Notes under the pieces: generated by a model
What the model was told of the DNA's origin: nothing
The model's database searches: none
Seen by the model: only the letters and a program-made list of their open reading frames with translations
Part shown: positions 28,063 to 42,191 of the stretch, piece by piece
Layout of the letters: each line of letters opens with the position of its first letter
How positions within the stretch are numbered: the first letter of the stretch is position 1
Assembly: GCA_964016885.1 (NCBI GenBank)
Contig: OZ024741.1
Span: 394,878,001 to 394,942,000 of the forward strand
Source: Eledone cirrhosa
Taxonomy: Eukaryota
Reading direction: 5' to 3'
Length of the DNA stretch: 64,000 nucleotides
Program-made: the position numbers and the translations under genes

Positions 28063-29619
28063 ATACAGTTGCCAAGTGCTAAAATGTCTGATCACTTTAA
28101 CCCGACATGACACTCCATCGCAATGGTGTCCCTTCACATGTCCTTTCATGTGTTCCAGAGCTAGCTTCTATCTTTTCCAGACTTAGCAACCTTTTTCTCT
28201 CTACATGAAGCCATTCCAGTTTTTAGAAACACTAGTGTACTGCATTATTATGAAAAGTAACCTCTCTAGTTTTGCTAACTATTGACCTCACTTCCACTAT
28301 CTCAAATGATGGAGTCACTAGAAATAGCAGCCAAATATCCTTTAAATCACATTTCACTGATTTGGTGAAAGAAAAGATACATGGAATAATATAAGTATAC
28401 AGTACCTAAAACAAATATGAGATAGTCACAGCCGGAATACCTTTGATTCCAATTTTTCTTGATTAAATTTAAACATCTTAAATGTGAAGGAAATCATTAT
28501 AAATAATCTTTCATTCATAACCTTGAGTGACCATTAGTACTGCATTTTCTTAATTTTCCCCAAATTTCAATTAATTCATCCACACAGATAAGTCAATAGT
28601 AGCATGCTGAGGCTTTCACCCAACAGTGGATTAACAACAAATGAACTGAATGGATGTCATCTCCCTTACATTGTTTTTTTTTTAGATTTTAAGTTTCTAA
28701 AGGAAGTTTTGGTCTACTAATTGCATGGTTATTCTCAGTTTATCAAAGTTTTTCAATTCACCATATTACTATAATAGTACTTCCCTAGAGACTTGCTGAT
28801 TTACATCATGCATTTTGATTGCTTTCCACAAAGTTCTCTTCAAACAAGCAATGTTGCTATCTTTGATGTCACATTTTGACTACATCTGACAGGAGAGATG
28901 CAAAGCAAAGTTATTAATTTATTTATTTCATTGAGATTTAGTTGCCAAATCTCCTTCAAATCACGCCCTACTATCTTAAATATGGAAAAGATACATTTGA
29001 TAATAGTCCTACACATACATTCTAAAAAAAGAGGATGTCCACAGCTTCAATCCTTTTGATCATAGGCCTGTTTGCTTGATTAGGTTGATTTACCTCACAC
29101 TCCATTAACTATAGTGCACTCCAACATTTGGTTGTATCTGTGTTACTTTCTTTGCAATAATGACCTCATTGTCCTTGTAACAACAGGTACTTGTATGCAG
29201 ATGAAACCATCTTTCACACATCTTTAACTTTCTACACAGTAATTTCATACATGCAATCTAGATACTTCACACACTCTTTGTACTGCTTTCAATGGAGCCA
29301 ATAAGGATGCCTTGACTTGCTAGAAATAGCAGCAAATTATCCCTTAAATTATACCATTGCACCTTAAAAAAGGAAGGTTACATTGAATGTGTAATCTCTA
29401 CTTAGACTATACCTAAAAAAAAGATAGGATGAAATGCCTTTAATCAAGACAGTAGTGCATGTCAAGTGACCATGCTGAAGTTTTCTCTTTTAGACTCTAA
29501 GTAAACTTGCTTATTGTTGTTTAGCTCCAGATCAGCCATGATCAAACATACCTATGATAAAAGGTGTTCTAGTCATGACCATCCCATCATTTTGCATGTC
29601 AAGAACTATATTATCCAAA

Positions 29620-29900
29620 GTGTGTGGCCTAATGGTAAGGGTGTTGGACTTCTGACCATAACGTTGTGGGTTCAATTCTTGGACTGGGTTGTGTGTTGTG
29701 TTCTTGAGCAAAACACTTCATTTCATGTTGCTCCAGTATACTCAACTGAAAATGAGTACCAGTGATAGCTGTTTAACTCTGCGATGGACTGGCGTCCTGT
29801 CCAGGGGGAAGTATTGTACTCTCAGTTGCTTAACGCTATGGAAACTGGGATAAGCACCGGCCTGATGAGCTTCCGAGCTTGAGACAGACTTTAGACTTTT
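29620..29900 (+). mobile_element. Second tRNA-derived SINE family (CORE/V-like)
   Basis: A box TGGCCTAATGG, B box GGTTCAATTC, TTGAGCAAAACACT core, (AGACTTT)n tail; related minus-strand head at ~32950-33085. Confidence 0.7.
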
Positions 29901-30461
29901 AGATCCTTTATTTAAGATTTGGTTACTATTTCCAGCAGCATGAGCAGCCATGTAGAAACTCCCTTGTTGAACAGCTGACATTCATTGATATCACCTTACA
30001 TGCGTTGAAAATAATATTTGGCATCAATACAATTGGCAGACCAGATGATGGTACTCTTTTTTACTAGATAACAACTCCTTCTGTCTATCTCTTTCTCCTG
30101 CTCTTGCTCTCTCCCTCTCTCTCTCTCTCCCTCTTATTTCTTTACAGAAGTGGCAGGAGGAGCTGGCAGTGTTTCAGTTACATATATATAAATGTACTTA
30201 CATAAGCTCTAATAGAACAAAAAATTATAATGCTACCACACTGAAATGAAATATTATGTACTAGCTATTTGTGTATATTACCCATCCTTTCAACATGAAA
30301 GGTTTTCATTCTTCAACATCTAGCTATTGTTATGCTTTTCAATTACCACTTAACTTCAATTACCACTTAACTTCAAAATGATGCTTTTTTAACACTTGCC
30401 AAAATAAAGAACATATTTTTTCCAGAATCTTTTCAATGAATCATATTGCTACTAATATTGG

Positions 30462-30675
30462 CTTCTTATATAGGCACAAGGCCAGCAATTTTGGGGAGGG
30501 GAAAGTCGATTAAATTGACCCCAGTGTGTGACTGGTACTTTATTTCATCGACCCCGTAAGGATGAAAGGCAAAGTTAACCTCGGCGGGATTTGAACTCAG
30601 ATCATAAAGGGCCGTAACTCTAAGCTGCAAAGCATGGCGTGCGACCCTCTACCGATACTGCCAATCCATCGCCCT
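30462..30675 (-). mobile_element. tRNA-derived SINE
   Basis: Reverse complement of the 14070/19076 family, full length. Confidence 0.88.
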
Positions 30676-33119
30676 AATATTGCAACTGTCAAGTGTGGAT
30701 AAATTATTAGATATTTGTTCTTATATATAATGAGTATCTGCTTCTAATTTACATCAGACCAAAAAATTATTCATTGCCTTTTATTAACAGCCACTAGACA
30801 GTCCAATGGTTGATAATTAAAATAAAGTTTTCATCATTATCATCATTTAATGTTAATTCTGCCTGCTAGCAAGGGTTGGTTGAATGGTCAGAGACCAAGT
30901 CAGTACTTAATCAGAACTACTGATCTTTTAGGTGAGTCAGGGCTACATCTCACTTATATATGTTCCTGCACTCTATAGAGTGTGCTATCCATTTTATTGT
31001 GACACCAGCACTAGTGAGGTCATTGTGTCTAAAGAATCCTCTATATCCTTTGTTTGGGAAGTTTTCTATGGCTAGACGCCCTTCCTATCGCCAACCACTT
31101 TACAGAGTGTACTGGTTATGTTTTATCATGTCACCAATACCAGAGCAACTGTTGTGCTTTCGACACAACAAAAAAATCCTCTCAATCTTTTTCTTTTTGG
31201 CATTGTTTCTACTGCTAGATGCCCTTCATATCATTAACGGCTTAACATATATAAAGTGTTGGTTTTAGATTGATTACATGATGAATAACTAAATTTTGAT
31301 ATTTTTATTAACAGCTTTGTTACACGCATCATAATATATTCTATAACTAAATTTTGTGGCAGAATTATAATATACTTAAAGAGCATACATGTGCACACCA
31401 CACACACATGCATGCACATACACACACACACACCACAAAAAGACAAGATGGAGTAAATAAAACAAAATCAAAATGAAGAGGAGACACAGAGGAGCAAGAA
31501 TAGTCATTAAGAAAGTCACAGAATGTATGTTAAGAGATTTGACAACTACATAACCTTCCAATTACTAAACTAACCAAGGAGTTGATTATTTATCTGACTA
31601 ATAATAAAATGTAAGTCAAACTGTGTATGTGTTTTTATTGACAGTATGCCCCTCCAAAATATAATATCTGTTTCAACACACAATTTCACCTCAAGAATCT
31701 TACATAACAAATACAAAAATGTATATATTTAGAGAGAGAGATGGAACACTGTTAGTTTGAACAATAATTGTTCCACTTGTTTGACCAACAATTTTCAGAG
31801 TGATTCGGTGTGATATAGTCTGTGACAAGGCTGGCTCTTAAATTATAGGTACAGTCCATTCAATGGGCTTTCAAACATCTTCTGTCTACCTAGTTTCCCT
31901 CAAAAGGGCTATAGTAAATGACACTTGCCCAAGATATCACATAGTTGGATCAAACCTGGGACCTAATGATTGTGAAGCACACCTCTTAATCCTTTGGCCA
32001 TATTGCATTCACATCTTCTGTAGTTCCTTTTGCTCCCTATATAGTTTTAGACTATGAAAGATTTCCATTTCGCATGGTCACAAAACTTGTCATTTTTGCT
32101 CCCAAGCCAGGCCAATGTCTGCCAGGTTTTCCTCCATAGACCTCAACCAGGTTGTGACAGATCAGCCTTGTTTACTCTGCCTTTCTTCTAACTTCCATCC
32201 AAGGGAGGCCCTCACTAGTCGTGTCATGGTAGTATATAGCCAAGCATCTTCTGCCATCATATGGTAATGGTCTCCCATAGATTACTCAGCCGGGTCCTTT
32301 CCATGATCTCATTTATGATGCGGTCATGTCAAGAAATCCTCAATATGGTCTTAAGACAATGTCTATGGAAGACATCTACAGTTCTCTAGACACTACAGAT
32401 CTTTTTTATGTCTGGCAAGCATACGTCACACTTAGCACAATGATTGACATATGTAGGCAGAGCTTTGTGCCTTGGTTGAGGGAAGAGTTGGATCATAAAG
32501 GCAGACAGCTGTAGCGTTGCCAAGTTTCTTTTCCACATCAGTTCTCGAGTTACTATCTTTAGCAAGGATACTGCCCAAATATGTGACCCTTCCTACCATC
32601 AACCACTTTACAGTATGTACTGGGCGTGTTATCCATGTTGAGCCCCCTTTACCCTATGCAGAGTGGCGGGAGAGGTAAGTATATATATATATATCATCAT
32701 CATCATCATCACCGTTTTTACGTCCGTTCTTCTACGCTAGTAAGGGTTAGACGGGTTGTCCTGTTGTGGGCAGTGTCCGGTCAGCTGACCTTCTCTTGCT
32801 CATATGGGAACTGATTCTGGCTTGATTTCTACAGCTGGATGCCCTTCCTAACACCAACCTCATTTACAGTGAGTGCTGGGTGCTTTTTGCCGTGGCACCT
32901 CCACGACCACTTTGCAGTGGAATGATATGGACCCCAGTCCCTATCATCTCATTTCTACAGCTGAGTAAACTGGAGCAATGTAAAATAAAGTGTCTTGCTC
33001 AAGGAAACAACACATCACCCAGTCTGAGATTGAACTCACAACCTTTCAATTGCAAGCCCAATGCTCTAACCACTAAGCCATGTGCCTTCATATATATATA
33101 ATATATATATATATATTCC

Positions 33120-34385
33120 AAGTTACTGGAATAACATCATCATCGTCAACTGCTACAAGAGTAAAGGAGATGCCCTTGAGAGGAGTAACTACAGAGGCAT
33201 AAAGTTGACTGGCCAGGTCATGAAAGTTACAGAAAGAGTAACTTTCTGATAAGAGATTGTATAGACCTAGATGAAATGCAGTTTGGATTTGTGCTGGATA
33301 AAGGCACCACTGATGCCCTCTTCCTTGTGAGACAAATGCAGAAGTACCTGGCTAAAAGCAAGCCACTCTACCTATCATTCATAGACCTAGAGAAAGATTT
33401 TGACAGGATCCCTCAACACGTAATATGGTGGGCCCTCAAAAAACAAGGTGTGAATGAGTGACTGGTGAGAGTAGTACAAGCCATGTACGAAGGGACCACC
33501 AGCAAAGTCAAAATCATCAACGAATACAGTGAAGAATTCAGCATGCAGGTAGGGGTTCATCAGGGCTCTATCCTTAGCCCATCCTCGTCATTATTGTCCT
33601 ACAGCCTATACGCCAACGACCTTACCCGCATAGCTGAGTCTATGGCAGAGCTGGAGGAAAAATTTCAATCAACCTATCCAAGTCCAAAATCCTTGTGAGC
33701 AGTAGAGGAAACAGAGTTATGATACCCTCCGGGAAATGGCCCTGCTCGGTATGCAAGAAAGAAGTGGGCAGAAACTCTATCCAGTGCACCAAATGCAGAC
33801 AGTGAGTACACAAGAGATATAGTGGGAAAACAGGCAGACTTGCAAAAAACATGGACTACATGTGGGAATCCTGCACAGGGGTGGTAGGCAAAGACCCTCA
33901 GGAAGCATGCCCTTTCAAATGCACAGAAGACCCCATAGAAATACTTTATAGGTTTTGCTATCTGGGGGACCAAATAAGTCGTGGGGGTGGCTGTGCAGAA
34001 AACACAGTCACTAGAGTAAGAACGGTTTGAAAAAAGAGGGAGTTGCTGCTGCTGTTAACTACAAAGGGTTTCTCACTTAAGATAAAAGGTAAGCTGTACG
34101 ATGCCTGCGTGCACTCAGCAATGCTACATGGTAGCAAAACATGGGCTCTGTGTGCCGAGGACTTACAGAGGCTGGAAAGAAACAAAGCATATATGGTCAG
34201 ATGAATGTGTAACGGAAGTGTACGTGAGCGACAAAATGTTAGTGTATTAAAAGTGAAGCTGGATGTAAGAGGGATCAAAGGCTGCATGCAAGAGAGAAGA
34301 CTGCAGTGGTATGGTCACATGATGCACATGAAGGATGACAGCTGCTTGAAGAGATGTAGGGCTTTAAACAAGGTCGATGGTAGGC
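33120..34385 (+). mobile_element. Decayed RTE LINE RT fragment
   Basis: MQFGF..TTDALF, IDLEKDFD, GVHQGS, PHD-like remnant, RRLQWYGH. Confidence 0.9.
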
Positions 34386-34599
34386 TCACAAGTGTTTCAT
34401 TAAGGTCATCCAATGCAGAGCTCTAGAATTAAAATGTGATCTTGTGAAGGGTTTGGTGCTACAATGCTCAACAAAAGACCCATTCCAACAACTCAGCGTC
34501 AGACATGGATTGAAACGGTGCCGCCCCGCCCCACACCGCAAACAAGGTTGATTGCAGTCCCATGAGAGTTTCTTTGCGTTCATCCAGAGTAGCGCTCCC

Positions 34600-35770
34600 G
34601 AAGTAAAATATGATCTTAAGATGGGCTCATCATATGGAGAGTGCTGCAGTCTCAGGTTGAGAAAGGCTCATTGCATGGAAGGGAACCTGGTTCCGAAACT
34701 GGGGTGTTGTGAGTAGGGTTCAGCATGGTCGACTGGCCTGCCCCTCATAGCCATGCCACCCAGTCCCAGGCTCCCAAAATGTTGTTTTGAATTGAGAATG
34801 GTTTGTTGCGTGGAGAGTGCCTGGCTCCAAAAGTGGTGTCATCCACAGCTGGGCCCCCACAGACTGTGTTCCTGCTGTGAGCCTGGCTCCCATACTATGA
34901 TTCCGCACCTATCCTTCCTCAGAGCAGCATCATCCAGTACCGGGCCCCTAAACTATGGTTACACCTTGAGATGGGTTCAGCACGGCCAACTGGGCTGTCC
35001 TTTCTCATACAAGGCCAAGAAACTATGGCTACACTATGAGATCGGTTAGGCTCCTCGTACCGGTGCCACCCAGTACTGGACTCCAACTGCTAGTATAGTA
35101 GTGAGAAGGGTTTTTCAGGCTCCCTCTCAAAAAAAAAAGAAGTGTCCATCGCTGGTATACTGCTGTGAGAGTGGTATGGCACGGCCAACTGGCCTGTCCC
35201 TCCTCATAGTGGAGTCACGCGGCATCCAATACCTGAACTGAGGGTCTGCTGTTGTAGGGTTTGGTGTGGCCAACTGGCCTGTCCCCCCTCATAGCGGTGC
35301 CTTCCAGTCCCAGGCTGCTGGGGTCCAGTTTCGTATTGAGAAGTGTCCTTTGCATGAAGAGTGCCTGGCTCTGAAACTGGGGTGTCGTTGTGAGAAGGGT
35401 TCCGTGTGGCCAACTGGCCTGTTCTTCCTTATAGTAGTATCTCTGGTCCCTTCACATAGTTGTGCCATCCAATGCCAGGCTCCCAAACTGTGGTTCTGCA
35501 CTTGCCCCCAGTACCAGGTCCAAAACTGCGTTAACGTTGTGTGATGGGTTTTGCGGAGCCGACTGGCCACCCCTCCTCATAGCAGTCATACCCAGTACCG
35601 GGCTCCAAAACTGTGGCTACACTGTGAGATGGGTCTAGGCTCCTCATTTCAGTACCATCCAGTACTGGGCTCCACTGTGTGATGGGTTAGACTCCGAAAA
35701 CATGGTTCAGTTGTGGGATGGGTTTGGCGTGGCCTACTGACCTGTCCCTCCTCATAACAGATCCATCCAG
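34600..35770. repeat. Degenerate GC-rich tandem array
   Basis: Recurrent GGCCAACTGGCCTGTCCC..CTCATAG..CCAGT.C.GGCTCC.AAACTG motifs. Confidence 0.7.
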
Positions 35771-35775
35771 TTCCC

Positions 35776-35946
35776 CACTGTAAACGTAGTTGGTGTTAGG
35801 AAGGGCATCCAGCTGTAAATTTACAGTCCTCGCCGGAGTGGAGTGCGACACATGGCCAACCCTGGCCAGACTTGCCTCCCAGCATCGACAACCCGTCTAA
35901 CCCATGCAAGCGTGGAAAAATTGGCGTTAAACAGAAATGATGATGA
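35776..35946 (+). mobile_element. RTE 3' UTR and tail
   Basis: TTGGTGTTAGGAAGGGCATCCAG, CCATGCAAGCGTGG hairpin, (GAT)n. Confidence 0.85.
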
Positions 35947-36129
35947 TATATCTATATATATATATATATGCGATATAAAAAAGGGAAAATCTGCTGGAAC
36001 ATAAGAAATGATTGCTGAGATCCTAAAAATATATGGGCTTGAGTTAGTTACTCATATAGTCACCCAAGTATTACATGCTGGTGTCACACCTAATGTCTAG
36101 CATAGCAATATAATCATTAATTACTACAA

Positions 36130-37510
36130 GAAAAAGGTGGTGTTCTAGAAATGAGCAGCTGCAGAGGCATCAAACTGATGGAACAAGTTTGGAAAGTAGC
36201 AGAAAGAATTTTAGTACAACTAATTAGGGAAAGATGGATTTGATGAGATGCAGCTTGGATTTGTGATGGGTTGGAGTATCACTGATGTTCTCTTTTTAGT
36301 GTTTAGTGAGATAGCTATCAGAGAAGTTCCTAGCTAAGTGTAAGTTGGTGAATTCAGCTTTCATTGATCTGTAGAAGACCTTTGACCGAGTACCATACAA
36401 CATACAACAATCTGTTGTATGGTGATTTTAAAGAAAACTTGAGGTAAATGAAAGGCTTGTGAGAATGATGCAAGCCAAGAATAGAGGCACTATCAGCAAA
36501 GATTTTAGTGAGGAATTCAGTGTGCATGTGGGTATTTAGCATGGTTTGCTTCTCAGCCTACTCCTGTTAATAGTTCTTTAAGCTATAACAGAGGAGTTTA
36601 AGACTGGTTGTTCATAGGAATGCCTTTTTGCTGATGACTTCCTTCTTATAGCCAAATTTGTGGAACATTTAGAGAAATTTCAGATATGGAAACAGAACCT
36701 AGAATTGAAAATCCTCAGAGTAAACTTAGAAACTAAAGTATTAGTAAATAGGAAAGACGCAAGGATCGTGCTGCCATCAGGGAAATAATCATGCACAATT
36801 ATCAGTAAAGGAGTAGGTAAAAACTCCATCCAGTGTAAACTGTGCATGCACAAGAGTTGTAGTGGGATTACAGTTAAGCTAACAGAGAAAAAAGATTTGT
36901 TACAGGTGCACAGGTTAGTTAGTAGTAAGAGCATCTGTGAAAAAAAACTTTCCAATATAATGAAGGCTTCAAAAAGTTGTTAAATTCTATACCTAGGTAG
37001 CCTAATTAGCATTGGAAGAGGTTGCTCTGAAAGCATAGTGCAAGAATAGGTGAAAAAAGTTTAGTTAGTTACTACTTCTGTTGGCAACAAATGGATTCCT
37101 TCTAGTAAAAGGAAGATTAGATGTTGCTGCATGGTAGTGAACCATGGTCATTGAAAGCACAGGATATGAGAAAGTTAGAAAAAATAAGCCTAGCATGCTT
37201 TGTTAGGTATGTAATGCTAGAGATGAAAATTGGGCATAGGAGGAATCAGATACAGAGTGCAAAAGTGAATGTTGTGCAGGTATGAACCAATGGTGTGTAT
37301 AGATGATTGTTGGGTGAATAAGTACCAGAAGCTCTAAGTAGAAGAAACCTGCTGAAGAGAAATATCAAAGAAAACCCGGGTAGAAGTAGTGAGAGTTTTA
37401 TCTGACACAGGAGATGAAAGAACATGAAAGATTGAGGAAAAAATATGTTCGAGAAGAGTCATCCAACCCTTGCAAGCATGAATGCTGGCATAAATATCAT
37501 GATGTTGATG
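36130..37510 (+). mobile_element. Old, highly decayed RTE LINE
   Basis: RGIKL, EMQLGF, FADD remnants and degenerate tail. Confidence 0.75.
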
Positions 37511-37684
37511 TATATTAAAGTGTAATTTCATATTTCTTTTACATTGTGATGGCATTTCATCATATCAAGTGTAGTGCTAAGAAAGATTTATCTAGTAGTC
37601 AAGTGTATTTGTAATTTGGCATAATTATTGGCTTTAATAATTTTTGGTTACAAAAATATAATTTTAACCTGTGTAATCTCATTC

Positions 37685-38392
37685 TAGCTGCAAATGGCTT
37701 CTCCCTCAAAATCAAAGGCAGACTATGATGCATGCATACGAACAACAATACATGGTAGTGAGACCTGGGCGCTGTGTGTAGAAGACTTGCGTAGATTAGA
37801 AAGAAATGAAGCTAGCATGCTCCGATGGATGTGTAATAGTAATATATGCGAACGGCAAAACATAAACGAACTGAGAGAGAGACTGAAAATAAGAGGAATC
37901 AAATGCTGTGTCCAGAAGAGGAAGATGTGTTGGTATGGACATGTGATACATATGAAGGATGACAGCTGTATAAAAAGGTGCAGAGCACTAAAAGTTGATG
38001 GACGTCATGGAGTGGGGAGACCCAAGAAGACCTGGGATGAGGTGATAAAAGCGGACCTTGCCCAATTGCACCTCTCAAAGGCGATGACCGTGACCTTTGG
38101 CATCACGCAGTAATACAGAAGACCCGACTTCCCACGGGAAAAAACCAAAGCTGAAGCATAGAGACAATGTGCCGCAAAGTGGTCGTGGAGGTGTCACGAT
38201 AAAAAAGCACCTAGCCCACACTGTAAATGAGGTTGGTGTTAGGAAGGGCATCGAACTGTAGAAATCAAGCCAAAATCAGTTCTCGTATAAGCAAGGCAAG
38301 GTCACTCAACCTAACATTGCCCACAACAGGACAACCCGTCTAAACCATGCTAGCGTGGAAGAATGGACGTAAAACAGCGATGATGATGATGA
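37685..38392 (+). mobile_element. RTE LINE 3' fragment
   Basis: HGSETW, WYGHV, GRPKKTW, shared 3' UTR and (GAT)n. Confidence 0.9.
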
Positions 38393-38419
38393 CATACATA
38401 TATACATACATACATACAA

Positions 38420-39490
38420 TCTGAGCGATTGATGTTAGAACTCGAAAAAACACCGGAAACTTCCACATAACAGTGACATAGACCGCCTTTACTTGAAACG
38501 TAAGCAGGGAGGCAGAGGCCTAACATCAGTCCAGACAGCATTTGAATGTAGCATCATATTCCTCCGACAACATCTACGAACTCAAAGCATAGGAGCCCGT
38601 CTCTTGAGCAAGTCTATCTGCATGAAACAGATAATATCATGAAAGTTGGGAAGGAACTCTTCGAGAGGTATTCCCTGTGTGATAATCAAAAACTCACACC
38701 CAGGGAAGTTGCTCAGCAGTATCGCAGTGAATCCATGGATAAAAAACTGCATGCTTATCAGCAAAAAATCATGCATGGATATGTTGCTAGGAAGCTCCAG
38801 AGTGAGAGTAATATAGATAAAGAAAGTAGTCTATCTTGGACCAACAACCGCTATATTGGCTCCCACTTTGAAAACACCTAGATCTGATAACAAGTGCAGA
38901 CTCTGCAGAATTAACATCGAAGATGTCACCCATGTCATAAGCAGCTGTCCAAAGATGTCATCACGGTACTATCTACCTATGAGGCATGATGTAGTGGCCA
39001 AAACACTGTACAATGCAGTTCGTAAAAAAGATAGCCCCGATAACAAACACATTAAAAGCTACAGCAATGTGGAAGATATTATAATATGAAAGAGTACTGG
39101 TGTAATGTTCCAGTAAAAACCCCAATAAAATGCAGGCATAACAGACCAGATATTATGATATGGGACAGGGAAAAGAAGGCATGCACAGTGGTGGAAGTTA
39201 GCTGTCCAGCAGATGCCAATATAATATCAAAGATTAGTGAAAAGGAGAATATTTATGCAGAACTGATGAGAAATCTGCAGATGCTCCACCCTGATTATAC
39301 CTTCACATTTATGCCTGTGATTATTGGGGCACTGGGGGTATGTTAGTAACTGCCTCAATACAAATCTTGAGAAGCTGGGCTTCACAGGAACAGAAAGAAC
39401 ACAACTAGTTAGGAAATTACAAGTACAATCCATTAATGGAACAGTAAAAATATGTAAAACATTCCAAACATTTTGCATCTAATAACTGCA
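38420..39490 (+). mobile_element. R4/Dong-like LINE 3' fragment
   Basis: GGRGL; CRLC..EDVTHVISSC zinc knuckle; RHD; NRPDIMIWD..EVSCP; PVIIGALG. Confidence 0.85.
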
Positions 39491-39748
39491 TATACACATG
39501 TACAGATACTAAGCATATACACATGCACACATACAACTCAAAACATACACATCCACACATACAATAACATCCATATCTACACATGCATGCATGCAGACAT
39601 GCATACATATCTACCTAGTTGATGTTGTGTAAATTCCAACGAGAGAGTCTTGTGTCTATGTTAGAAACCGATTCTCTCTCTATTGACAAAAATTTGTGAA
39701 ATTATAAAACCAGAAGAATATACATACATACATATACATACATACATA

Positions 39749-40250
39749 CTAGCCGAATTACCCGCGCGTTGCTGCGTTTCACACATTTCTTTTGTAAGAA
39801 AATGATGATTGATTTTAAATTAGTGATATAATTTATGGAGAAAAACTCTGCATTTCAATATTACTCAATGTAAAATATAATGCATGAAAAATTGGAAAAC
39901 ATTATTTTTTGTAATATATCAAATCAAAATTACATTATTAAATCTTATTCTTATTTTGTTTCTTGTAAATCATTTTTTACAAAATATCAATTCAAAACTT
40001 TTGTGAATAGGCATCATACCTTGTCATTTACCTATGGTTTAAATTTCATATAAATCGAAGGGAAAAGATTTTCAGCGAGGGTTTGTGCCCCCGGGGAACC
40101 CTTTGATTAAAATGAAATATACTTATCCAAGTACCCTGGGCAATGTAGTTTCAGAATATATATGGTTATTGGGGTCTATCTCCAAAACCATAGGAGGAGT
40201 TCATGAACAAACAAACAGACAGGAACTACAACTTTATATATATATATATA
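39749..40250 (-). mobile_element. Non-autonomous Helitron-like element
   Basis: Minus-strand 3' end GCAGCAACGCGCGGGTAATTCGG-CTAG; (TCTG/TTTG)n near the 5' end. Confidence 0.6.
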
Positions 40251-40290
40251 TATATACATACATACATACATATATACATACATACATATA

Positions 40291-41010
40291 TCATCATCAT
40301 CATCGTTTAACGTCCATCTTCCACGCTAGCATGTGTTAGACGGTCTTCCATTCGATGCGGGAATGGTCCATGCCTCGCTCGCATGGAAGTGTCTCTGGCA
40401 GGTTTTTTACACCTGGATGCCCTTCCTAACACCAACCACATTTACAGCGTGGACTGTTGTGTCATCGACACAGTGGACAGAACAGGAGAGGAGGATGGGG
40501 TGTACATTGGGTTAAAAGGTGCCTACTGACTGTAGGTTTGTATGCAATGGTAGTTGGGTCTTCTGTACAACTGCATGGCACCAAAGATCTTAATCCAGTG
40601 TCATTGCCTTAGAGAGGTGCAGGTGAGGAAGGCCAGTTTTTATCACCTCATCCTAGGTTTTTCTTGGTCTACCCACTCCATAGCTTCCATCAATTTTCAT
40701 TGCCCTGCACTTTTTTTATACAGCTGTCATCCTTCAAATGCATCACATGTCCATACCAATGCAGTCTCCTCTCCAGAACACAACATTTGATACCTCTTAT
40801 GCTTTGTCTCCCTCTTAATTTGTTTATACTTTGCCTTTCGTGCACATTACTATTACACATCCATCGGAGCATGCAAGCTTCATTTCTTTCTAATCTATGC
40901 AGGTCTTCAGCACAATGCCCAAATCTCACTACCATGTAATATCGCCATTTGTATACATGCATCATAGAATCTGCCTTTTATTTTTAGAGAAAAACCCCTT
41001 GTGGCCAACA
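40291..41010 (-). mobile_element. RTE LINE 3' fragment
   Basis: LERNEACMLRWMC, WYGHV, (CAT)n on plus strand. Confidence 0.9.
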
Positions 41011-41561
41011 ATCTTATATATAATGTATTGCTTATTTCAAGATTCACTTCTGTTAAAACTTTTAAATGTCAACTTCCGTTAGAGTTCATATCATAACATG
41101 ATGCCATAATGTCATTTATATATAACATTTCCAAGCATCTATTTTGAAATTCACTCATTGAAGCTTCCCATCAACATTCTCAAGTGAAGATTCATGAACA
41201 GTTTCCGTCAACAGTCATCACTTTTCCATCTTCCTTATCGTCTTTTTTAAATGTATCATGGATTACTTTACTGATTACAGAAGAAAGTGTAACACAGTCT
41301 TTGTTCAATTTCTGTGCATATTGTCAATTTACTTTTCAATTTATGTATCATATCTACATGCATATATATTTATGTATAATATCAATATGCACACTACATA
41401 TGCTAGAAAGAGAAATGTCTTAGAATTCACCCAGTTGGATATAATGGTGCCTGTTATAGAGGTGGAAGGGGGGCTGTGGTATGTTAGAAGTGAGTGTAGG
41501 GATTGGGTAAGTTAAGATGTCCAGGGAATCACGACCTTCCCTGGGAATGGGGTCAGGGAGG

Positions 41562-42046
41562 GTGATGGTGGTGGTGATGATAGAGATGATGATGATGATA
41601 ATAGAGATGATGATGATGATAATAGAGATGATGATGATGATAAAGAGGATGAGGATGATGATGATGATGATAGTGATGATGATGACAGATGGTGATGGTG
41701 ATGATACTGATAGAGATGGTGATGATGATGACAGAGATGGTGATGGTGGTGATGGTGATGATGATGACAGTGATGGTGATGATACTGATAGAGATGGTGG
41801 TGATGATGATAGTGCTGATGATGACAGAGATGGTGATGGTGGTGATGGTGATGATGATGACAGTGATGGTGATGATACTGATAGAGATGGTGGTGATGGT
41901 GATGATGATGGTGATGATGATGACAGGGATGGTGATGGTGGTGATGGTGATGATGACAGAGATGGTGATGGTGATGATGGTGATAGAGATGACAAATGAT
42001 AGTGATGATAATGGTAGAGATGATGATAGAGATACTGATGATGATG
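41562..42046. repeat. (GAT/GGT)n compound trinucleotide array with higher-order duplication
   Basis: Repeated GATGATACTGATAGAGATGGT blocks. Confidence 0.95.
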
Positions 42047-42097
42047 GGAGAGAGAAGTCTAACTATATGACCTATATATATAGAAAAATGTTCAAGA

Positions 42098-42191
42098 CCC
42101 CGACGGCAGAGCTCAAACCGTTTCGACGGTTATTTCTGGAGTAAATTAGAATTTTTAGCGTGGTAAATAAATAGCCAAACTTTTCAAGGGG
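42098..42191 (-). ncRNA. Degenerate hammerhead fold
   Basis: CCCC-UUGAAAA(core decayed)-[GGCUAUUU/AAAUAACC]-GAAA-CGG..CCG-UC-GGGG; the 3' half recurs at 12851-12887. Confidence 0.5.

Larger units (their letters stand above)
24390..29450. repeat. Old dispersed repeat family, several copies in both orientations
   Basis: Motif AGAAATAGCAGCCAAAT..AAATCAC..TCTTAAAAA..GATAATGTAG recurs near 24500 (-), 24970, 25110, 25705, 28320, 28940 and 29320. Confidence 0.6.

Noticed and set aside
29858-29895. CUGAUGA-GC..GC in SINE tail
   Set aside because: No GAAA or cleavage triplet; explained as SINE 3' tail
34600-35770. Repeat-spacer appearance suggestive of CRISPR (also pLTR sub-repeats 47200-48560)
   Set aside because: Repeats are degenerate and irregular, spacers are related to each other, no cas genes, eukaryotic context
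41420-42144. Poly-Asp/Met/Ser ORFs resembling an acidic matrix protein
   Set aside because: Trinucleotide array open in several frames, intronic, with no splice or signal-peptide support
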